In this document: positions 19,102 to 27,412 of the stretch, in pieces
How the letters are laid out: each line of letters starts with the position of its first letter
Numbering within the stretch: the stretch's first letter is position 1
From: Opitutus sp.
GTDB lineage: Bacteria; Verrucomicrobiota; Verrucomicrobiia; Opitutales; Opitutaceae
Assembly: GCA_013822585.1 (NCBI GenBank)
Contig: PNKG01000001.1
Coordinates: 1,084 to 65,083 of the forward strand
DNA length: 64,000 nt
Direction of reading: 5' to 3'
Notes under the pieces: model-generated
What the model was told of the DNA's origin: nothing
What the model saw: only the letters and a program-made list of their open reading frames with translations
Databases searched by the model: none
Translations under genes and position numbers: made by a program

Positions 19102-20775
19102 TCAAACCGCGGGCGGGCACGCGCGCCCGCCCGGCAGGGTGACGATGAAGCTGGCCCCCCGGCCGATTTCGCTTTCGCAGCGCACTTCCCCCTGCAGCCC
19201 GACGACCATGCGTTGGACGATCCACAGGCCGAGGCCGGTGGATTTCTCTCCCCCCGTGGGTTGCGCCCGGCCGCGGGCGTATTTCCGGAAGAGCCGGCGC
19301 TGCTCTTCCTCGCTGATGCCCGGTCCCTGGTCGCTGACACGCAGCTCCACCCTTTCGCCGCGGCGGCTCAGATGGACGATGATCTCCGTTTCGCTCGGGG
19401 AATACTTGATCGCATTGGTGATCAGGTTGTCCACCACCTGCCGCAGGGAGGAGCCGTCAGACCAGATCGGCATCGTCGGCGCCCCGGTCCGTATCCGCAG
19501 CCGGATGAGCTTGCGCGCCGCCCGCTCGGAGAGCTCCGCCACGGCCTGATGGAGCAACGCACTGAGATCGACTTCGCCCCAGTGGAACACATGACGGCCC
19601 TCTTCCAGGGCCTGCACGTCCACGAGGTCCTCGGTCAACCGGATCATCTGTTGGGCCGTGACGCGCACCTGATCCAGGACTTCGTGGAAAATCCGCGGGT
19701 CGCGACCGCCGTCGGCCTTGAGGATGTCGGCGCCGAGGATGACGCCGGTGAGCGGACTGCGCAGGTCGTGGGCCACCATGCGCAGCAGTTCCGATTTTTC
19801 CTGGCTGACACTGGCGAGCTGGTCGCGGGTGGCCTCGAGTTCGGCCTGGATGCGGCGGCGCGTGGCCAGTTCGGAGGCGAGCCGGCGATTGGAGAAGAAG
19901 AGCACGAGGAAAAAGATCACCGCGACCCCCGCGACTCCGGCCGCAATCCTGAAGGCGACCACCCACCACCGGTCCTGCCGGTAATCCATCGGGATCCAGC
20001 GATCGTTGATCTGCATGCGTTCGTCCGCGGTGACGCTGGCGATGACCTTGTTCATGATGGCGACGAGCTCCGGCCAGTCCTGGCGCACGCCGAAGTGGAT
20101 GCCTTGGGCGACGGCCGGGACGCTGCCGAGGTGCAGATTGCCGAGCCCGCTGGTTTTGACGATGTAGGCCGCATTTGCGACATTGCCCACGGAAGCGAAG
20201 ACTTCGCCCTGCGCCACGGCACGGTAACAGGCGGGCGGATCGTCGTATTCCACCAGCCGGTGGCCGGGCGCGCTCCGGCGGAGTTCGTCGAGCAAGCCGA
20301 CATAGCCGCGCGGCACACTCACGGTGCGGCCGGCCAAATCGCGCAGATCGAACAGATAGGGCGTGTCGTTGCGGGTCACGATGCCATTGGCCGCCGTGAT
20401 GTAGGGCACCGTGAACCTCATGTAGGATTCCCGTTCGGGCGCCGCGCCGACGCTGCCCAGCAGATCGATCTCGCGGGCCTTGAACGCGCCCAGCGTCTCC
20501 GCCCAACTTCGCCGGGTCTCGTGGACAAAGCGCAGGCCCGTGCGTTTCGCCACGATGGCCAGGAAATCGGGATCGATGCCCACGATCTCCCCCGCATCGG
20601 TGGCGATGGCGTAGGGCGCAAACGACGGATCGTGGCCCACCCTGATCACCGGGTGCGAGTCGATCCAGGCGTGTTCTTCGGGTGTGAGGTCGATCCGCGG
20701 CTCGGCGGCGCCTGCGACCGTGGCCGCCCCCAGCGCCACGCCGATCACCAGGCGGGCGAAGCGGAAGGGAGGCAT
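19102..20775 (-). CDS. Paralogous sensor histidine kinase with family-3 solute-binding domain
   Basis: Same architecture as the neighbour: LTPEEHAWIDSHPVIRVG, AHDLRSPL, DNLITNAIKYSP, STGLGLWI. Confidence 0.9.
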   Translation of the reverse strand: MPPFRFARLVIGVALGAATVAGAAEPRIDLTPEEHAWIDSHPVIRVGHDPSFAPYAIATDAGEIVGIDPDFLAIVAKRTGLRFVHETRRSWAETLGAFKAREIDLLGSVGAAPERESYMRFTVPYITAANGIVTRNDTPYLFDLRDLAGRTVSVPRGYVGLLDELRRSAPGHRLVEYDDPPACYRAVAQGEVFASVGNVANAAYIVKTSGLGNLHLGSVPAVAQGIHFGVRQDWPELVAIMNKVIASVTADERMQINDRWIPMDYRQDRWWVVAFRIAAGVAGVAVIFFLVLFFSNRRLASELATRRRIQAELEATRDQLASVSQEKSELLRMVAHDLRSPLTGVILGADILKADGGRDPRIFHEVLDQVRVTAQQMIRLTEDLVDVQALEEGRHVFHWGEVDLSALLHQAVAELSERAARKLIRLRIRTGAPTMPIWSDGSSLRQVVDNLITNAIKYSPSETEIIVHLSRRGERVELRVSDQGPGISEEEQRRLFRKYARGRAQPTGGEKSTGLGLWIVQRMVVGLQGEVRCESEIGRGASFIVTLPGGRACPPAV

Positions 20776-21031
20776 GGCCGGCAGGCAGGCGGGAAGGAGC
20801 GTCGTTGGCGACCCGGCGGTCGCAGGGGCGCGCGGCGAGAGGGGCAATTCATCGGCAGCATCATTTGAGCCATTGCGCGGGGAGGATATTCCCCGAATCC
20901 GCCTCCCCGGGCGTCTCGACCGGCTCCGAACACCGCACCGCCGCTTCGCCGGACAATGCCGACGGAGAAGGTGCGACCCCCGAGGCCGCCCTGCTCCCGG
21001 CGAGGGTTGCCCCGATGCCAGCGCTGTCGCC

Positions 21032-21147
21032 GACTCCGCCGCAACCTGCTCCACCAAGGCGCTGAAATCGGCTCCGCCCCAGCAAAGCACATGGCGTCCC
21101 TCTTCCAAGACCTGCACGTCCACGAGACTCTCGGCCAGCCCCGTCAT
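21032..21147 (-). pseudogene. Histidine-kinase fragment, diverged copy of 19532-19647
   Basis: SLVDVQVLEEGRHVLCWGGADFSAL vs DLVDVQALEEGRHVFHWGEVDLSAL. Confidence 0.7.
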
Positions 21148-21161
21148 GCGCCGCGTGCTGC

Positions 21162-21494
21162 CGCGTGGACCGTGCTGCTGCGCGTGTCGTCGCGTCACGC
21201 GTAGCGCGGTGTGGGGGAGTTCAGCCTCCACGTGGTCGCCTCGCACCGCGGCCGCCGCGTGGGCGACGCGATGCCGGCGGAGATGATCCGACACCGCCAG
21301 GCGCTCGGCATCCGGACGCCGCAGCGGTGCACCTCTCCCGACAACGCCGCCAGCCTCGCGCTTCAAGCGCGCCACGGTTTCAAGATCGTCGGCGCCGCGA
21401 ACGCGTCGGCCGCATGGCGCATGGCCCGCTCGCCGGCCCGTGGCGCGGCACCGTCCTGCTCGAACGCCGCAGTGCCGTCGCCGGCGGCGAGTGA
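21162..21494 (+). pseudogene. Degenerate 5'-truncated copy of the GNAT gene at 16775-17296
   Basis: Shares GCCTCGCACCGCGGCCGCCGCGTGGGCGACGCG. Has a TAC->TAG stop near 21202 and a frameshift near 21395. Confidence 0.8.
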
Positions 21495-21510
21495 GCTGGC
21501 CGCGACCGTG

Positions 21511-22995
21511 TTAGCTGGCCATCGCCTTTCGCCGGCTACCACGCGGTTTGCGCTTCTTGGGTTTCCGGGCGCTAGCCGGTTGCCCGATGATTTGAAAAAC
21601 AGGCTTCGCCTCGCAGACCGCATCGACCTTCGCGCTTCCTAGCAGGTCCACCCACCGGCTGAGTATCTCGGTTTTCCTATTAGCGAAATGCTCGGCGGCA
21701 ATAAGCGCGAAATCCGTAATTGGTGCGTGTTTCTCCCTTTGCCGTTCCTCCCTCGGCTTCTCCGGTTCGGAGTCGAAGAGCGGCAGTGTTTCGTCTTCGC
21801 TCCCCTCGTCGTGCAGGTATCGGTCGGAGACGAAGTCTCCCATTGCTTCCAAACCTCGGCCAAACCGGCTAAGCGTGGCGCGAATCGCCTCGCCGCTGCT
21901 GTCGATGCCGATCCAGCGCCGCTTGAGGCGGCTAGCGGCTTCGAGCGTTGTCCCGGAGCCGGCAAAGCAATCCATGACCAGATCGCCCTCGTCTGAAGAC
22001 GCTTTGATGATCCGCGCCAGCAGGTCGGGGTTTTTCTCCGTGGGGTAACCCGTGATCTTGATGTTCTGGTTGTGCGCATCGCGAAAATCCAGCCACAGAT
22101 CCTGCACAGGCACGCCCGCGCTCTGGTCGAGGTAGATTTTCCTTCGTGGGTTTCCGTTCGGCGACCAATAGATTTCACCCCGCGCATCCATCTCGTCGAG
22201 GACCCGGGGCGGATATTGCCAGTGTTTACCGGGTGGCGGCGGGCGCCCTCGCCAAAGCTGCCCCGTCTCGCCGTGGCGCACGCCCGGCGCATGAACGGGC
22301 ACCTTCATGAATTTTCGTCCGGTCTCCGGCTCCACATATTGATATTCCTTGGCTCGTTCCTCCGTCCAAGCTTCCACCGGGCGATGCCAGACATAGTCGT
22401 CGCTCTTGGTGTAGAACAAAAGGTAGTCGGCGACATTGCCGTAGCTGTGCCGCGTGTAGTTCTTGGGGTTGCACTTCTTGCGCGTGATCCAGTTCCGGAA
22501 GTTCGAAGCGCCGAAAACTTCGTCCATGATCGCCTTGGCCAAGAACGCCATCTTGTCGTCGAGGTGGACATAAATGGAGCCGTCCTCGGCCAGCAATTCG
22601 CGCAGTAGAACCAGTCGCTCGCGCAAAAACTCCAGATAGTGCGCGCCCTCCAGCAGATCAGTGTAGGCGTTTGTTTGGTTGCGGGATTGGAACACGCTTT
22701 TCGTCGCATAGGGTGGATCGATGTAGATCAACCTCACTTGGCCCCGGACGGACGAATCATGCCGCAACGCCGAGAGCACCGCCAGATTCTCACCCCAGTA
22801 TAGCCGGCTGCGCGCGTGTGCCGAGCCTGCTTTCGGCCACCAGACATCGCACCGGGCGGGCGGCGTCCGCATGATTTCCTGCTCTGTCTTCTTGCCTTCA
22901 TAGGCCAATCGCACTTCGGACCTCCCGCCAGGGTGCGCCAGCCCATCAGGCAGCGAAGCTCCCTTCCATTTCGTCCTCGGAACACCTGTCGCCAT
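21511..22995 (-). CDS. Site-specific DNA amino-methyltransferase (beta class, probably m6A) of a type II R-M system
   Basis: LIYIDPPY precedes YPTEKN and MDCFAGSGTT; adjacent to an endonuclease gene. Confidence 0.92.
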   Translation of the reverse strand: MATGVPRTKWKGASLPDGLAHPGGRSEVRLAYEGKKTEQEIMRTPPARCDVWWPKAGSAHARSRLYWGENLAVLSALRHDSSVRGQVRLIYIDPPYATKSVFQSRNQTNAYTDLLEGAHYLEFLRERLVLLRELLAEDGSIYVHLDDKMAFLAKAIMDEVFGASNFRNWITRKKCNPKNYTRHSYGNVADYLLFYTKSDDYVWHRPVEAWTEERAKEYQYVEPETGRKFMKVPVHAPGVRHGETGQLWRGRPPPPGKHWQYPPRVLDEMDARGEIYWSPNGNPRRKIYLDQSAGVPVQDLWLDFRDAHNQNIKITGYPTEKNPDLLARIIKASSDEGDLVMDCFAGSGTTLEAASRLKRRWIGIDSSGEAIRATLSRFGRGLEAMGDFVSDRYLHDEGSEDETLPLFDSEPEKPREERQREKHAPITDFALIAAEHFANRKTEILSRWVDLLGSAKVDAVCEAKPVFQIIGQPASARKPKKRKPRGSRRKAMAS

Positions 22996-23001
22996 ACGAA
23001 G

Positions 23002-23907
23002 TCAGGATTGGAGCCAAGCCGCCGTAAGGCGCTCGGGCATCATGCGCAGGGTGGTGACGAGAATTCTGCCCGGCCGGCTTTGCTCCAATCGGGCATAGTC
23101 GGACCACATGGAGCCCAAAAGCAGGCCGGGGCCATCGTTTATGAAGATCACTTTGGTGCGCAGTTTGTGTTTCTTGGCGTAGCCGAGGATTTCGTCTGCA
23201 CAATTCTGGTATCCTCCTGTGCGATCATCCTCCTGCGCGCCTCCTCGGTCGGAATCGTAACGCGCCAAACCGATGGCAAGAACCTCGCCGGTCTTCGGTT
23301 CGATGACGACAAAGTCCACCGGACGATCTGGCTTCGGATAGGCCTTGAACACGCTGCCGAGCAGGATGTCCTTTCCCGCACGCTCCGGTCCGATTAGTTC
23401 GAACCCTGGGAATTGGCTGCGGAAGAGCGCAAAAAAACGCTCCGTCAGATCGTAGCCCTTTTTACCTCGATCCTTGTATTCCCAAAGCACAGCGCACAGT
23501 GCTTCGTCCGGAACCGGACGCCTGAGAAAGGCACGCTGCACCTCATGGATAGGGCGAAAGCCTTTCCCAAACTGTTCGCAGATTTGCGCGGCCTTGGACT
23601 TTTGCTTGAGCATCTCGACTGGCGTTTCGGGACTGACGTATTTTCGGAACACTCTGGCTAGCTGCACCCGCATCCAGCCATCGGACTGCTCGGCAATTTG
23701 CATGAACAATCGCGGCGATGACTCGGAGCTCCTCAGCAACTGACCAAACAGAACCAAAACCGGCTTGTAGAGTTCGCAGGCATCTTTGAGAATGTTCGGA
23801 TAGTATTCTCCTGTCGCGAGAGTGACCCAATCCCGGCCCTCCGCCTTGTAGTCGGCGAAAGACCTCGGGGAAACTCGAACGGAGCGTGCGGCCATGCCCC
23901 CCAGCAT
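23002..23907 (-). CDS. Putative type II restriction endonuclease (recalls BstEII-like proteins)
   Basis: Lies 6 nt upstream of the methylase on the same strand; RPVDF..ARYDSDRGGAQEDDR; A/T-richer than the flanks. Family name is from recollection only. Confidence 0.65.
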   Translation of the reverse strand: MLGGMAARSVRVSPRSFADYKAEGRDWVTLATGEYYPNILKDACELYKPVLVLFGQLLRSSESSPRLFMQIAEQSDGWMRVQLARVFRKYVSPETPVEMLKQKSKAAQICEQFGKGFRPIHEVQRAFLRRPVPDEALCAVLWEYKDRGKKGYDLTERFFALFRSQFPGFELIGPERAGKDILLGSVFKAYPKPDRPVDFVVIEPKTGEVLAIGLARYDSDRGGAQEDDRTGGYQNCADEILGYAKKHKLRTKVIFINDGPGLLLGSMWSDYARLEQSRPGRILVTTLRMMPERLTAAWLQS

Positions 23908-24003
23908 TCAATGTCGGCTTGAGGAATCAAGCACCGGCTGTCGGACCCCCTATCTGACTTCGAAAACCTAAACGTGGTTCGCAGCTTTGCTCACCTTGCC
24001 CCT

Positions 24004-27000
24004 TCAACCCGGCAGCGTGAAGGCCTCGAACTGCTTCTTCACTTCCTGCAGGAACGCCGCCGCGCCCGCGCCGTTCACCACCCTGTGGTCGAAGGTGAGC
24101 GAGAGCGTGACGACCTCGGCGGGATGGACGACGCCGCCGTCGTTGATCATGCGCTCGTGCGCCGTGCCGATGAAAAGCGTCGCCACGGCGGGCGGCACCA
24201 CGATGGGCGTGGCGCTCTCGACGCCGAAGGCGCCGAGGCTCGTGATGTTGATCGGCGCCTGCACATCGATGACCTTGCCCGCGCGCGTCTCCTCGACGGC
24301 GCGGTTGTAGGCGGCGGAGAAATCGGCGAACGAGAGGCGGTTGGCCGACGCGATCGCGGCGGTGGCGAGGCGGTCGCCCTCGAGGGCGACGGCGACGCCC
24401 TGGTCGAAGTCGGGCTGCTCGTAGATGGCGCCGTCCTTGCCGACGATGCAGCGGAAGGCCGCGTGCTTCTCCTGCGCGCGCGTGACGCACCACGCCATCA
24501 TGGCCGAGGGCGACGGCGCGGCCTTGCCAAGCCTGGCCTTGGCCTCCTCGCGCGCCTGCTTCAGCGGCGTCCAGAGGACGTCCATCAGCATGTTCGCGGG
24601 CACGACGGCATCGAGGCGTTTGGTGATCGCCGGATGCAGGGCCGGCGGGCGGACGTTGCCCTTCATGCCCGGGGAGGCTGCCACGGGAACCGGCGCGCTG
24701 GCAATGCTCGGCGCGGCCATCGCGACCTTGGCCGCCGCGGCGGCGGGAGCCGCGGGAGGGGCTTTATGCCCCGACAAAACCGCGGCCGACTGCGAGTCGG
24801 GGCGTGAAGCCACTCCCACCCCGGCAGCGGGCTTCGGCGCGCTCGCGCCCTCGACCGGCAATCCCGCCACGCTCGCGGCGTCGCCGGTGACGATCGCGAT
24901 CTCCTGGCCGATGAGCACGGTGTCGTCGACCTTGATGCGCCACTCCCTGAGCTGGCCGGCGAAGGAAGCCTCGACCGGGTAGACGGCCTTGTCCGTCTCG
25001 AGTTCGCAGAGCATGTCGTCGTGCTTCACGGCCTCGCCCGGTTTTTTGCCGAGGGAAACGACGCGCGCGGAGCGCAGGCCTTCGCCCATGATCGGCACGC
25101 GGACGATGATGTCGCTCGTGCCGGCGATGACGGTGTTTTGCGGCGCGTGCGCCGGCTCGAATGTCGGAGGGGCTTTATGCCCCGACGAAGCCATGTCCGG
25201 CTGCGGGTCGGGGCGTAAAGCCCCTCCCACATTGGCCGTAACCGGCGTCACGGGCATTTCTCCGCGCACGACGTCCATCGAGACGCTCTGCCAGATGGCG
25301 TCGACGATCTGCGGCACGGCGGGGAGCGCGGCGTATTCGTAGATCGGGTTGTAACCGATCATGACGTTGCCCTTGGTGACGAGCTGCGGCGGCGCCTTCA
25401 TCGCGGCCCACAGTTCGGGCTGGCCCGTCACGTGCGTGATGATCATCTGGCCGACGGAGCACGCCTCGGTGTCCTCCTGCACGACGATCAGGCGGCCGGT
25501 CTTGCGGACGGAGGCCTCGATGGCCGCCTTGTCCCAGGGCATGATCGAGCGCAGGTCGATCAGCTCGACGCTCACCTCGCCCTTCAGTTCGGCGATGGCC
25601 TCGCGCGCCTTTTCCATCGTGTTGCCCCAGGCGACGATCGTGAGGTCGTCCCCGGCGGTCTCGAGGCGGGCCCGGCCGAGCGGGATCGATTTGACCGGCT
25701 GCGCGCTCTCGACCTCGGCCCAGAGCATGTGCTTGGGCGCGAGGAAGAGCGTGACGTCCTCGCCGTGCATCGCGGTCCAGAGCAGGCCGGCCGCGTCCGC
25801 GGGCGTGGAAGGGATGACGATGTTGAGGCCGGGGAAGTGCGCGTAGGCCGACTCGTTGGCCTGCGAATGCCAGAGCGCGCCGCCGGGCAGGTAGGCGCCG
25901 TAGGGCGCGTAGAACACCGCGGGCACCTTCCACTCGCCGTTCGAGCGCCAGCGGAGGTTCGCGAGGTTCTGCACGAGCTGGTTGAAGCCCGGGAAGCTGA
26001 AGTCGATGAACTGCAGCTCGAACACCGGCCGGCGCCCGTAGAGCGCGAGACCGCCGCCGATGCCCATGATCGTCGATTCCGCCAGCGGCGAGTTGAAGAC
26101 CTGCCCGGGAAAATCGGTCGAGAGCTTCTGCGTGAGGCGGAAGACGCCGCCCTTCGGGTCCTCGACGTCCTCGCCGAAGATCATGCGGGCCGGGTCGGCG
26201 TCGAGGCCGGCGCGCAGCGTCTTGTTGATGAGGTCGCCCATGCGGTGGCGGCCGGGCTTGAAGAGCTCCTCGTTCAGGTCGGGCGAGTCGCCGGTGACGT
26301 CGAGGAAGAGCTCGTCGGCGCGCGGATCCCCGGCCTTCTCGGCCGCGGCGTATTCGGCGCGCACCTTCTCCTTCAGTTCCTCCTCCCACTTGGCGAAATC
26401 CGCCGCGGTCAGTTCGCCGGCTTTGATCATCCTGTCGCGCAGCATGCGGATCGGGTCGGCCTGCTCGAGCGAGGCAATGTCCTCCTTCGAGCGGTAGAGC
26501 GTGTGGTCGTCGGAGCTGGTGTGGCTGGAGAGGCGCTCGACCTTGGCCCAGAGGAACGCCGGGCCCTCCCCGGCGCGAAGCCGCGCGATGGCCTTCTGCG
26601 CCTCGGCGTGGACAGTCCCGACGTCGGAGCCGTCGATCACATGCCACTGCGCCTTGCTGAGCACGTCGAGCGCGAGCGGGTTGGTCTTCCGCGTCGGCGT
26701 GGAGATGCCGTAGGCGTTGTCCTCGACGATGAACAGCACGGGCAGCCGTTTCTCCAAGGCGAAGCTGATCGCCTCGTAGAAATCGCCCTGGCGCGACGCC
26801 GCGTCGCCGACCGTGGTGACGACGACGCCGTCCTTGCCGTCGAGCTTCATGCCCCACGCCACGCCGCAGGCGGGCAGGAGTTGCGAGCCGAGCGGGGTGG
26901 GCACGCTGACGATGTTCAGCGCGCGGCTCGAGAAGTGCGACGGCATCATGCGGCCGCGCGAGACGGAACCGCGCTTGGCGAAATACTCGAGCGAGAGCTG

Positions 27001-27246
27001 CGCCGTCGTCATCCCGCGGCCCAGGCACAGGCCGCGATCGCGGTAGTAAGGGAGGATGAAGTCGCTGTCGCGCAGCTGCGCGCCGATCGCGCTGAACGCC
27101 TCATGGCCGCGGCCGGAGACATGGAAGTGGCCCTTGCCCTGCCGGTTCAGGCTCTCCTCGCGGAGATCGCCGAGCCGGCTCTCGAGCATCGTGCGCAGCA
27201 GATGCCGGCGCTGTTCCTTGTTCAACGTGGGCGCAGTCTTGGCCAT
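24004..27246 (-). CDS. Fused 2-oxoacid dehydrogenase E1alpha-E1beta-lipoyl-E2 protein
   Basis: TPP motif GDAASRQGDFYE..EDN; E1beta GEDV..GGVF..FNSPLAES..; lipoyl ELETDKA; E2 LTFDHRVVNG. Confidence 0.92.
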   Translation of the reverse strand: MAKTAPTLNKEQRRHLLRTMLESRLGDLREESLNRQGKGHFHVSGRGHEAFSAIGAQLRDSDFILPYYRDRGLCLGRGMTTAQLSLEYFAKRGSVSRGRMMPSHFSSRALNIVSVPTPLGSQLLPACGVAWGMKLDGKDGVVVTTVGDAASRQGDFYEAISFALEKRLPVLFIVEDNAYGISTPTRKTNPLALDVLSKAQWHVIDGSDVGTVHAEAQKAIARLRAGEGPAFLWAKVERLSSHTSSDDHTLYRSKEDIASLEQADPIRMLRDRMIKAGELTAADFAKWEEELKEKVRAEYAAAEKAGDPRADELFLDVTGDSPDLNEELFKPGRHRMGDLINKTLRAGLDADPARMIFGEDVEDPKGGVFRLTQKLSTDFPGQVFNSPLAESTIMGIGGGLALYGRRPVFELQFIDFSFPGFNQLVQNLANLRWRSNGEWKVPAVFYAPYGAYLPGGALWHSQANESAYAHFPGLNIVIPSTPADAAGLLWTAMHGEDVTLFLAPKHMLWAEVESAQPVKSIPLGRARLETAGDDLTIVAWGNTMEKAREAIAELKGEVSVELIDLRSIMPWDKAAIEASVRKTGRLIVVQEDTEACSVGQMIITHVTGQPELWAAMKAPPQLVTKGNVMIGYNPIYEYAALPAVPQIVDAIWQSVSMDVVRGEMPVTPVTANVGGALRPDPQPDMASSGHKAPPTFEPAHAPQNTVIAGTSDIIVRVPIMGEGLRSARVVSLGKKPGEAVKHDDMLCELETDKAVYPVEASFAGQLREWRIKVDDTVLIGQEIAIVTGDAASVAGLPVEGASAPKPAAGVGVASRPDSQSAAVLSGHKAPPAAPAAAAAKVAMAAPSIASAPVPVAASPGMKGNVRPPALHPAITKRLDAVVPANMLMDVLWTPLKQAREEAKARLGKAAPSPSAMMAWCVTRAQEKHAAFRCIVGKDGAIYEQPDFDQGVAVALEGDRLATAAIASANRLSFADFSAAYNRAVEETRAGKVIDVQAPINITSLGAFGVESATPIVVPPAVATLFIGTAHERMINDGGVVHPAEVVTLSLTFDHRVVNGAGAAAFLQEVKKQFEAFTLPG
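24752..24819. repeat. REP doublet (inverted pair) inside the CDS, in frame
   Basis: GCGGGAGGGGCTTTATGCCCCGAC ... GTCGGGGCGTGAAGCCACTCCCAC. Confidence 0.75.
25160..25233. repeat. REP doublet (inverted pair) inside the CDS, in frame
   Basis: TGTCGGAGGGGCTTTATGCCCCGAC ... GTCGGGGCGTAAAGCCCCTCCCACA. Confidence 0.8.
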
Positions 27247-27412
27247 GAGGCAGGCGTGGGGAGGCTGCCATCCATCGCCACTTTGTCATACGCGGCAACG
27301 GATTTTTGGCGCCGGCCGCGGGTTTTTGCGGCGAAAATTCGCCCGGTTTGCCGAGATGAAGTGAAAAGGCGCAGCTGCTGCGGCTGCGCCTTGGGAATAT
27401 GCGACCGGCCGC

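Noticed and set aside
16741-20868. 1375-aa plus-strand ORF
   Set aside because: Antisense shadow of the two histidine kinases; no motifs; typical of high-GC DNA.
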